This document shows positions 24,981 to 35,713 of a DNA stretch of 64,000 bases, piece after piece. The number at the start of each line of letters is the position of its first letter. Position 1 is the first letter of the stretch. The position numbers and the translations under genes are program-made. The stretch covers positions 328,590 to 392,589 of the forward strand of contig JALMLS010000397.1 of the NCBI GenBank assembly GCA_038496445.1. Reading direction: 5' to 3'. This DNA is from Trichosphaerium sp. ATCC 40318. Lineage: Eukaryota; Protista; Tubulinea. Under the pieces are notes generated by a model, which ran no database searches, was not told the origin of the DNA, and worked only from the letters and a program-made list of their open reading frames with translations.

Positions 24981-26456
24981 ATGGGTCAGCGTAAGCGTTA
25001 CATAAAGCCCCCAACAGTAAAATTGGGCAGAAACCCAGGTATTGGTACACGTACTTTTAACGTACCTCTGACATCTATACAAGCCATAACTGCTGCCTAT
25101 GGCGGTCAGAAGTTTAACGCAAAGCGAAAACTAGAACAAATGAAAACTTCAGGCAAAAAAGCCAAGGTACGCTTGCACTGTAATGAAAATGAATTCAAAC
25201 CGATTAAAAGATAAATTAAATCAAAACATAGTATGCAAGACGAGAAAATTCGCTCGTACGACGCTCAAGAGGTTTTAAAAGTTCTAACATTGTACGTGTG
25301 ACACCACATGACATTGACTTACAAACTATGTAGAGATCAAGGCTCAAAGTAGCTAGCCCACCTGCAAGGTATATCTAAGAACGCAATGTTGTTGACATTT
25401 TGACATGGTTGTTTAGACCTGCTTTATCTCGTTCCAACAGTGCAGAATTACAAAAGAAGATAGTGGAGTCATCGCCTACTAAAACAACTACTGGAACGAA
25501 GAGAGAAGCATCTGAGATGCGAAATGATACTAGAGAATCTAAACGGCGTAGGACAGCTACTCCAAAGAATTATGCAGGCACGTGGGCATTTGTCAATTGT
25601 TTTCAAATCTTTTTTTTTGTTACTATCATTGTGACCTCTTTGTAGAATTGGATGGTGCCGATAGCGATGACGAGTTCATGGATGAAGCAGATGAAGAAAA
25701 GGAAGAATTAGAAATGTCAGATATAGAGGTAACACAAAATAGTTTTGACTATCAAGTGCCGATTTACGTTGACATGTTCTTTTTTGTTAGAAAATTCTAC
25801 TGAAGAGATATAACCCAATCATTGAATCATACGAATATTTGATAAAATGGTAAGTAGGAATCAGTTCTAAAACTGAGCAGCTGTAACCAAACGACGTTTA
25901 TCTGCAGCGCTTCTTTCTATCACTTTATTGATATTGTTTAATTATGTTATAGGAAAGACTGTGGACCTGAGTATTCGTCGTACGTTCCAGAATCTGGCGT
26001 ACAAACCGGTTCCATGTTAGACGAATTCAATGATTTTTGGGATGAAAATGTAAAAATGGTGCGAGAGTCACAGCATGCTGAGCAACAACGATGACTTCTG
26101 TTTGTTTTGTTTTTTTGACATAAACTAATCAATGAAATAGAGACAAAGCCTAAAGGATGGTGATGATAAGTTTGTAGTAGGTCAAAAGATATATGTGCAG
26201 TATTCTACGTTCCCTTGGTGGCCTGCGGTACGAAAATCTAAAAAAAGGTATTGCGCTAACTTTTCAATAGCGTATAGCTCTAATTGACCCTAAAAAGGGG
26301 TGTCTAGTACTGTACTATTCAACGTACGACTATGTTTTTGTAGATAAGAGCCCGTCAAGTATGAAACTTTATTCAGAATACAAAGATACAGACCTTGGTT
26401 CAAAGGCTCCTGCAGAGGCCGAAGAACATGCGCGTGTTATGCGTGATGTAAAGTAA
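24981..26456 (+). CDS. Chromodomain + PWWP domain chromatin reader
   Basis: Spliced DIE|KILLKRYNPIIESYEYLIKW|KDCGPEYSSYVPESGV..MLDEF (chromo) and FVVGQKIYVQYSTFPWWPA|RI..LVLYYSTYDYVFV (PWWP). Basic NLS-like and acidic stretches lie upstream. Confidence 0.8.
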
Positions 26457-26764
26457 ATGCCGTTGACGGCAATGTTAATAATAAACCGCTATGTGCTAAA
26501 AAAAACTGTTATTTGTGCATCATCAGACTGTGGTATGCAAGGAGAATTAGCGGCATTACTTTGTAAAATGCATTTGTAGGTTGTTTGAAAATACGAAAAC
26601 AAGACAAAAAATTTGACATCTCGGAGAAAAACGCTGAATAACGCAGAAACTTTTTACCCAATAACTTGATAATATTGAGCACTAGTAATAGTGATCAATA
26701 CCACAGCAATCGTTAGTATCTACGAGTAGTAGAAGCAACAAAGGAGCGAATAATCACGCTAGTA

Positions 26765-28724
26765 ATGAAGCAACGCTCCGCTCCCTCGGGTTTGCATTTA
26801 CGCGTATCTGGAGTGCGTATAGCACGCTTGGAGTCAGTATTAACTGCTATTGTACAGGATTCTCTTTACCATCGTTCAAGAAGCCACTCTGAGGCCGTAC
26901 TTGTACCAGATAACGCACCCAAAACAGCGCGCTTGCACACGAAGAATTACGTCGAGATACTCGACTTTTTACTTTATTTCAGAGGTGGAGATAGCGGTAC
27001 GCTATAAGAAATACGTGAACTTGTTCTCTGAGAAACTTTTAGACATTGACGTTGAGAATATTTTTCTCCTTACTTTCAGGTGTGATGTAACACCAGAAGA
27101 ACTACTTTTGATGCTTTTGACCAGGTTTCAGGTATGATCACGAATTTAACTGTAACTTTGCGTTCACTAAAGAATACAGGCCAATAATGATGCACATACA
27201 CGTTCCCCACGCCTAGAAGAAAAGAGAAGGTAATGAGGAAAAAAAAGAAACAATTCCCACTTCCTTTTCCTACTTTTCATGCGGAGAGTTTTTATCGGCT
27301 TAGCGTCCAAACAATCATATCTAACCATGTGTAGGATATGCCTTCTTATTATGAAATGGTGCAGTAGATATTACATTCACGACTTTATACCAAGACCTAA
27401 ACGCATGATTGGTACTCTACAAACGTTTTTAAACGCACCAGCATGGGATGAATGGGAGCAGTTATTTCCTTTACGGAAAGTACTAAAAAATGTACGCGAA
27501 AACGCCATTTCTAGTTATAATCCAAAGATTTACATCGCTCTTTCCTATTTCTAACTATTTTACGGAAATGAACAAAAAAAAAATTTCTCCCTTTGTGTTT
27601 TCGGCATCGTTGCTTTGATACTAAAACCATGCCATTGTACATTATATAAATTACACGTATTGATTACAGATAGTTTTAAGCTCGTACAATTTTTTAACAT
27701 AAAAATCATTCAAATGTGTGATTTTGCTTATTGTTTCTCTCGTATTTAGGCAAGTATTCAGTACTCTAATCAAATAGCACAGTGTCCATTTATTCACTAT
27801 GGAGGACTTGTAGTACCTACATCGCGTAGTTTAGGTGTTAGCAGCGTTATACCGTTGCAAACACTAAGAGCGTTTCATAACTATCAAGTTGATAAATTGA
27901 CAAGACAAATTACGTTAGTAGATGCTTCATTATTTAGATCTATAGCACCTTGTGAGTGGCTTCAAGTTAACCCTTGTGATACGCCACACCTTGGACAACT
28001 TGTAAATTGGTCAAATAACATAACTAGCTGGGTTGTAACGCAGGTACAGTAACAGACATAATTATGGAAAAAAAAAGTTTAACAAAAACATTTATTCTTT
28101 TTTGACATGTTTCTTCAATAACTCACGTCACATTTTTTGTAGATTGTATGCGAACCAGATCCTAAGCTACGTGCTATGACTATATCTAAGTTTATTGAAA
28201 TGGCAGAGTGTGCCGTGAAGATGGGTGCATATAGTACTCTTACAAATATAATGGGTGGATTATCAAATGCAGCTGTATTGCGTCTTGAAAAGAGTAATAA
28301 GATTACAAGATTCAAGAAAAAAAAGACAAAGTTGGAGCAACTTACAAAACCTAAATTTCTTACCTCTGTTGCTCTTTCAGAAACACATAGCTCTTTACTT
28401 ATGCCTGCAGGACATTCTATACGTACTTTTAGACTAGTATCAGAGTTTCATAATAATACTTATAAGTATAATGGAACAAAAATGATAAACTTTACAAAAC
28501 TTAATACACAATGGCAAGCAGCTCAACATATGGAGATGTTTAAGAAACTTGCTTGCTATCCTGGTCTTACAAGAGATACACGTATATGGGGTTATTTAAA
28601 GAACTTACCTGTATTATCTGAAGAGAGTATTTGGGATCAAGTTCTTAATGCAGCGAATAGGAAAAAGATTACTTCAAAAAAAAATAGTATTAAAAAAAGT
28701 AGAAGTAGTGTTATGCTTGCTTAG
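26765..28724 (+). CDS. Ras guanine-nucleotide exchange factor (REM + CDC25 domain)
   Basis: REM motif IFLLTFRCDVTPEELLLML. CDC25 motifs LTRQITLVDASLFRSIAPCEW, WSNNITSWVVTQ, RAMTISKFIEMA..YSTLTNIMGGLSNAAVLRL and MINFTK. Confidence 0.88.
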
Positions 28725-28843
28725 CAAGAAGAACAAAACAAGAAAATAATGAATATAAAAATAAATCTAATGTACATATTAATAACATCGGTAAATTCTT
28801 GCAGTTATATTGCACGCGATTAACAATCAATTGCTAATTAAAG

Positions 28844-29004
28844 TGAGATTGGCAGCCTTTATCTTTTCCCTGCCAAAAGTTGTCTTTGACAATCTCGGTG
28901 GTTGAGGCCACCCCCTTTTGAATGCTGGCCAAGTCTATGCGCTCTGACTCTAAGACACCTAACCAATAGGATGGTCTTAAACGTAGCCCGTAGACCTAAC
29001 AAAC
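28844..29004 (+). ncRNA. Candidate structured non-coding RNA (four helices, ends in hairpin + ACA)
   Basis: GC-richer island between convergent genes. Helices: ttggcag/ctgccaa, ttgtc/gacaa closed by gaga/tctc, ggtggt-tgag-gccacc, and gtctatg-c-gct..taagac..ccta/tagg..gtctta..agc-c-cgtagac followed by ACA. Confidence 0.3.
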
Positions 29005-29099
29005 TAAAATTCATTCAGATAATGTTAAACCTTTTTTTTATTTGATAATTCTTGGTGAGTAATAATGTACAGTGCTGAGGTGTTTATGGATTAATTCAA

Positions 29100-31135
29100 T
29101 TACTTCCTACTATGAACATGCACTTTTATGCCTGTTTTCGATAGAGTTATAATCTTAGGGATAGGCTTAACTGTATGAGAAGGATCAAGAGAAAACTTGA
29201 ATCTTTGGAAGAGCATAATCAAAAGTGTCTTTGCTTCCATTAATGCCAATCCCTTTCCCAAGCATATTTGTGGCCCAGCGTGGAATGGAATGAATTGGTA
29301 AGGGTGTTTAAGTAAGTTAGGATCATCCCAACGTTCTTTAAAAGAAGAGTTAAAACAAGTCAATAAAGAGCTCTTAACGAACCTGGTAAGAATTCTAGAG
29401 GTTTATCCCACCATTTAGGATCTCGGTGAGTTAAGTAAGGACCCATACGAGCACGCATACCCTAATACTAGTTTAGGGGTTTTTTTTAATGAATTAATTA
29501 TCGTAAAATCTGTCAATTTTGACGGGATTGTACGGCTTTCAGTTTGATTCCAGAGGGCAATATGTCATCTTTTAATGCGAATCTACCATTTAACGGTACT
29601 GGTGGATATAATCTGAGGGTTTCTTGGACAATCTAAAGTCACAAGTGTCAGTAAAGAGGAGATTAGATAAATCTCACATTGTGAAGTTTATTCATGTTAG
29701 AGTATTCCTTCTCATCTGGTTCTTGTAAATCGGGAAACATGGTATCAATTTCTTTTAATAGTTCATCATAGCTCTTTGGATTATTGCAAAGCAAGTAAGT
29801 GAGCCAAGACATGAGTACAGCTGTTGTATCTAACAAGGTATTCGGTAAGTAAATGGCTAATTTACAAAGGACTTTGCGGTGGAACTCACCTCTGCCAGCT
29901 ATTAGAAAGTTCATGAATATGTCTCTCAAGTATTTATCTGAGTATGGGTCACCGTTATCATCGCGTAAGCACATGAAACGTGATAAAAGATCCTGATTAA
30001 TTCGTTAATTTTTTTGAAAAAAAAGAAAAAATATTGGACTGAAAACAAATTGCTTCCTTACTGTGCGCTTGAGTAACTCTTCACGTGGTAACTTTCTTCT
30101 TGAAGATATGAAAGAATACACTGTGTCTTCTATTGTTTTAATACATTGGTCAAAGTCTTTATCAGCAGAAGTGAACTATTACAAAGTAAGAACAAACCTG
30201 GTCTAGACCAAAAAAAAAAGAAGCAATGACAAAACGTACTCTTATAAAAGGGTTGCGGAATGATGCTGTAACAATCTCTTGTGTTTTGTCAAATGAAGTA
30301 GCAAACTCTGGCTTCTCCAGTAGAGCATTGAGCTCTTCACCAAAACCCAACTTTCCGAAAGTATCAAGGGTGTACCTAAAGTACAAATCTTGGATGTCTA
30401 TTGGTTCACCTGACTTGACATGTTCGTGCAACATGTCAATAACTACATGAGCATTCTCCTTAAATTGGGGCATCATATCACGAAGAACCAGCTTGTGGAA
30501 GAGCGGTCTAGCTGTTTTTCTACGGTTGCTTTGAGAGACTGCAAGGAAACAAAAAAACTGGCTTCTCAGAGCTCCGTGTACCTTTGTTCGCGCCAGTTTT
30601 CGCCCCAAGCGTTGAAAATACCACTTCCAAGCCATTTAAACCAATACTTGTTTTTGTTTAAGCCTGGTACAAAAACAGCTATGTAAGTACGCATAACATG
30701 TTAACGTTATGCTCCCTTACCTTCTCGCGTGTAGTTCTTGTTGTTAGTGTACAAAATATGCTTGTAATCTTCAGGATGTAAAAAGAATACACCGTCCGTA
30801 AACAAGTTAAATAGGTATATCTCAGAACCGTACTAAAAGTCGTTATTCAGGTTTGGTTTTTGTGTAGTGTGTAGTACGTCTTCTTGTAGGCCGGTGAGGT
30901 ACTTGAATGGGTCGTCACGGTTTTTGTACGCGTCATACATGATGCCAATAATTGGTAAACCGTTAGGCCCATTACAAGGCTTGTTTTGTAGACGTTGCTA
31001 TTTTATGGTTAAAGAGGTACGAGACGACTGTTTTTAAAAGCATAAAGCAAATCGTCTTACCCAATGTCTAGCATAAATCACTGTAGCAACTACAAGAGGA
31101 AGTGCTAGAGCTACAACAGCTACGAGAAGGTACAT
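29100..31135 (-). CDS. Cytochrome P450, clan 86 / CYP704-like
   Basis: N-terminal anchor MYLLVAVVALALPLVVA; I-helix NFLIAGR|DTTA; ETLRLYPPVP; heme motif FHAGPQICLG. Confidence 0.93.
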
Positions 31136-32063
31136 TGATGGCAGAGTTTAGAATATTCTGGTTTGTTAATTTGATGGACAAAAGGATAAACTAATGCCCG
31201 CGATTCACAAAGTGAATTCAGTCCGCTTTAGTCATACTAGCAATGTTCCAAACACGTCGAACTATATTCCGATTCGGTTCAGAGAAGAGCAATTTTTTTC
31301 GCTCTTAAAGTTGTTGGCTTTTTTTTTAATCACCAAGAGCTTTTTTTTCATCCAAACTACTCATATGTTAAAATGCATAGTTATATATACATAGAGTGGT
31401 TGAAAGCCCTATATTGAGTGAGTTTAAGATATCTGCATTTTAGCGCCTAGCATATTTTGACATAATTTTGTAGTTTGATCTGTTCGTCGCTTTAATACAA
31501 AAAAAAAGTCTCATACGTTGTGAGGATGTAAAGAAATGGTTTTAGGACAGTAATAAGGATATCATTGTGCCATTTTGTAGCACCACAAAAGCGAAAAAGA
31601 TTAAACCAAGACAGTTTTTTTCAAATACGAATTTTGCAATCTATCCGTTTGGAACATCGCTAGTACATACCTTTGTTGCAATATGCGAAGGATTCATGTT
31701 GGCGCAGGGAACCAAATTATTTGTGCATAAATCTCACTTTTTCTTTTCAGGGCGGCTACTACCTTCCATTAGAAGAAAACGCTAGCTGACACTCGTAAGA
31801 ACTCTCCTGGAATGCACTGTTTTCAAAACGGGAAGAGGAGCACAAGCGTGTGCATCACATGAAAACCTCCTGAAGTACACTTTTTCTAAACTCAAAGGTG
31901 AGTACCAGCGAACGCGTGACACTGGCTAGACGTCAAACTCGTCCTTCAAGCTAACGTTACTTCCTTTTTGATTAGTTATTTTGTGATAAGAAATCACTCA
32001 AACCACTTGTTAGTTTTACGGTGAAACAGTCAAAAAGTCTTCAGTACAAGAGATGTTTATTTA

Positions 32064-34857
32064 TCAACTGTACTCAATATCAACTGGTGGTCTTGGTGGT
32101 CTTGGTGTTAATCCAAAGGATCTCACAGAATCTGTACGAGCAGCTTGCTTTGAAAGCTGTGAACGTGAGTTGACTGAGTGTACAGTAGACCTGCGTGAAT
32201 GACCTCCCCATCTTGCTGGATACACTCGTTCGCGCACATAAGGCAAAAAAGAAATGATAATACAGCCAACAATAGCTAATACAGCTACAACAACTGTCAC
32301 AATAACAATAATCGTAAGGGAGCTGTTTTTATAACAAGGCTTATCATCAACACTAAAGATAGCAACAATTGCACCTACGAGGAAAAAACCCGTTTAGCAA
32401 AGGGAAGGACTTACACTATATCACTCACCTCTCCGATCGTCTATTTGCGCAGATACACTTTCACAAGGGTCGTTACCAGTTTGAACTGAAATGGCATCAA
32501 AGGTGGCTACATTAAATAATCAATTGTAGTGCATTATCACGTTTTTCCTTACCATTAATGCAGCTCTCAAATGCTCTGTCATACTCGAACAAAACAGCTT
32601 CCTGCTTATTACTTACACTATTTGTGATAACAATCAAGCTACCATTAAAGCTAGCACACCCTTACCAGTATGTTAACAACTTATTTACGGAAAACATAAA
32701 AAGCAATAAAAAAAGTAGCGTACCAACGATGGATACCTCCGAGGAGGTATCAATTACTGTGTTACCATTCTGCTGTATATTACCTGATATTTGAACAGTA
32801 CCACTAAAAGTTATATTTTTTGTAACAAGTGTGCCATTAAACATCCAAGCTGAACCAACACATATAAATTCAGGTGTAGGTGGCTCACCAATGCACGCCA
32901 ACGTTGGCACGAGCGTAGTAGGTGTTATTGTAGGAAGTGTAGTTGTTGGTGCTAGCGTTGTAGGTGGTTGTGTTGTAGGTGACGCCGTTGTTGGTGCTAG
33001 CGTCGTAGGTGCCATTGTTGTAGGTGGTTGTGTTGTGGGCGCTAGTGTTGTAGGTGGTTGTGTTGTAGGTCGAGTAGGAGGGGGCAGTGTTGTAGGTGTG
33101 AAAGGCCTCTAATGCTACTATTAGTGGTAATCAGAGCTTAAGCACGTGCAGCTTGATAGGCTCCTACGTCAATTTCTGCTACATTTCGAGTTCTGCCATC
33201 TATCTTCAAGTTAGAAAAATACGCTTGTGGTTAAGTTAGAAGTGTAGTAGTTGTACCCAAATCAAAAAGTGGAACAGTAGTCGAGGCACCTATAGTACGA
33301 CACTTAGATGTTGGCGGAACGCAGGTAAAAAAATACCTGTAAAACCAAATACTTCTGTAGCTGCTGCTGTTAAATGATAATCACCGCCGGTGACATTAAG
33401 GAAAGCATTCGTATTCCCATCTAGAAATACATACGAAAGAGTTGAAACATCGTAAGAGTCTAATGATGAAAACTGGCTGCTTGCATCTAAAAAAAGAACA
33501 TTCACCCATGCACTGACATTAAGTGCGGATTCAAGATCTCCAACATCTATTATTTTCCATTAGTTAAACAATTTTGGTGGGTCAATCGCACCTTGCCCTA
33601 TTGTCAGTGATTGCCCAAAGAACCTCTCGCAATTGACCACTACAAACAGTTACCAAACATTTTACCCACCAACAAAGTATTTAAACTTGTTTCTTACCCT
33701 TGTCACAGTTGTACACAACTGCGTTTGTTACTGTGAGTATTGGTGCTACAAGATTCATTGGGTTAGCGCCTGTAAAACAAATAAATGCGACAACATTGTT
33801 AAAACTTAAAGTTGTTTCTGCAACAACAAGTTGTCAAATAAAACGCAAGTCTACGTACCCATTGGCTCTTTAGCGCACCTAAAACTATTAAAAATACGCA
33901 ACAGTCCAATTGTACGTACGCAAATGCTTCTAAACTTTGTGTTGTTCCTCCACCGAATATAACGTTTTCTAAAGCTAAAACTCCGGACTTGGCGCGTACA
34001 GTTGCTGATATCGCTTTAATTAGTACCCAGCTAAACAAGAATTGTCCGTACACTCATAGCTCCCGAAAATCTTGGCTCCACTTAGGAATAAATTGCCATC
34101 TTTTAATTCTATCGCTTTATCGTCCATCTGAGATACGCTAGTTAGCATGTTTCTCGAAGAAAAAATAAAACTTGCAACAATACTTACCACTAAATCTCTT
34201 CCGTATATTTCTAAGTTAGTGATAGTGACTGTTCCGAGTTCAATATTAATTGCACTATTCCAACATTATTTAAGAATTCTGCTTGTTTCTGCCGACGAGA
34301 AAAAAAACTTTAACTTGTCTAACCTCTCTATCACATCTGTATTCTCTTGATACATCACTATGTTGTTCATAGTAACTGTTCCTCCGCCTATCCGAGAGGT
34401 TAAACTACGAATTCATGATTTTCGCACTTTGTATTTTTATAGCCTCGCCACCATTCCCAACTAAGAAGGTTGTGTTTTCAACAAGAATTACGTCAGTATT
34501 TTGTAAATCAAGCTGCTGTATATTAATGTTTCGGAGAGTAAAGTTTTGGCAACTTTGAACACTAAGAGGCGGTTGCAAGTCCTTAAAGTACGGTTTAATA
34601 GCTGCGCAAACCAAATAACGTACATTGTTTGTTCCTTGCACCAGTAAAGAATTGCAATCCTCACCACTGAGCGATTCCGCTGTCATACTAGTAACAAGTA
34701 CACACCAAAAACCTGCCTGCAGTTTGTTAAAATCGCACGCAAACAAATATCCCACCTGTTTTGCCTCTGCTATAGTCGCATAGTTCCCAGGAACGTTAGT
34801 GCAACTCTGTGTTGCCGAAACCAACACCAGGAGGCACAGTGAGGTTATCAAACACAT
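32064..34857 (-). CDS. Cell-surface protein: signal peptide, right-handed beta-helix-like region, PT mucin stalk, Cys/beta domain, TM anchor
   Basis: MCLITSLCLLVLVSA signal; VPGNYATIAEA start typical of beta-helix proteins; GDYHL..DGRTR..IDVGAYQ motif; PTT repeats; TM IIVIVTVVVAVLAIVGCIIISFL. Confidence 0.72.
32900..33100 (-). repeat. Coding 15-bp degenerate tandem repeat (PTTxx, mucin-like)
   Basis: PTTQP PTTLA PTTQP PTTMA PTTLA PTTAS PTTQP units; gttgtaggt motif recurs every ~15 bp on the + strand. Confidence 0.85.
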
Positions 34858-35055
34858 TCTGGGGTCTCCGTAGGCTGCTTGAGGTGAAAAGAATGCACTT
34901 TGAGAATAACCTAAGTCACTAGCAGAAAACCGATTTTAGGCTTTTTATGGGAGTTTGCTATTTTGCTAAACGGCCAAGCTTGAACTGAGTTTTTGGGTTG
35001 TAGGAGTTGTTAAAGAACACATGACGCAACAAAGGTAAGTGGCATTTTACTAAAA

Positions 35056-35610
35056 CTACAACGCTGGAACTCCTTCAGCTCCTTTGAAAGGCCCAACGAT
35101 TTCATCTGTCACCCAGCCACCATAAAAACCACCTGGTTGTGGTCTTACGCGCTCGTCATCAATGTAGCATTCAAAGTGTGCTGGATAAAAGGAAATAAAT
35201 CCGGCAATTTGTTCAAAGCCTGGAAACGGTTCATCGTAGCTCCAGGCGCACTTGGTGCGTTGTGTGTCGCCTACAGAAACGTTCCAGTATGTAGCTACCC
35301 CTTTCCACTCACAAATTGAGTTGCCATCCACTTTTTGTAGGTATTTCTGATCAATATCACTTGGAGGTATATAAAACGTTGGAGGCCCTGCAGTTTCACA
35401 AACACGAACCGCGTTTGTCGTAGAAGCGATTGTTGCTTTGTTCAATACTACACGCACTTTGCGCTTGTCTACAGTGGCGCGGGGTGGCCTAGGATAATCG
35501 AAAACACTCTCTTGGCCAGGTTTTGGTTCAACAGCAAATGGAGGACGCTTTTGGCCGCGATATTCCCAGCTACTCCTAGACTGCTCCAGCCTTTTGTAGA
35601 GTGATTGCAT
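35056..35610 (-). CDS. DUF427 (NTP_transf_9) domain protein, intronless
   Basis: ESVFDYPRPP, RVCETAGPPTFYIPPSDI, SICEWKGVATYW, AWSY..P, FYGGWVT..VGPFKG are typical bacterial DUF427 motifs. Confidence 0.9.
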   Translation of the reverse strand: MQSLYKRLEQSRSSWEYRGQKRPPFAVEPKPGQESVFDYPRPPRATVDKRKVRVVLNKATIASTTNAVRVCETAGPPTFYIPPSDIDQKYLQKVDGNSICEWKGVATYWNVSVGDTQRTKCAWSYDEPFPGFEQIAGFISFYPAHFECYIDDERVRPQPGGFYGGWVTDEIVGPFKGAEGVPAL

Positions 35611-35713
35611 TTGGTTTTCAGTTCAAGCAAAATTTCTCCGCAATTTAAGTTTGTGCCTCCTTAAAGTGTCATGACTTTGGCATTAAAAACAAGCTACCAG
35701 CGGTAGTTACGCG

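Noticed and set aside
32831-33112. + strand VVG-repeat ORF (also 53190-53600)
   Set aside because: Antisense shadow of the PT repeats encoded on the - strand.
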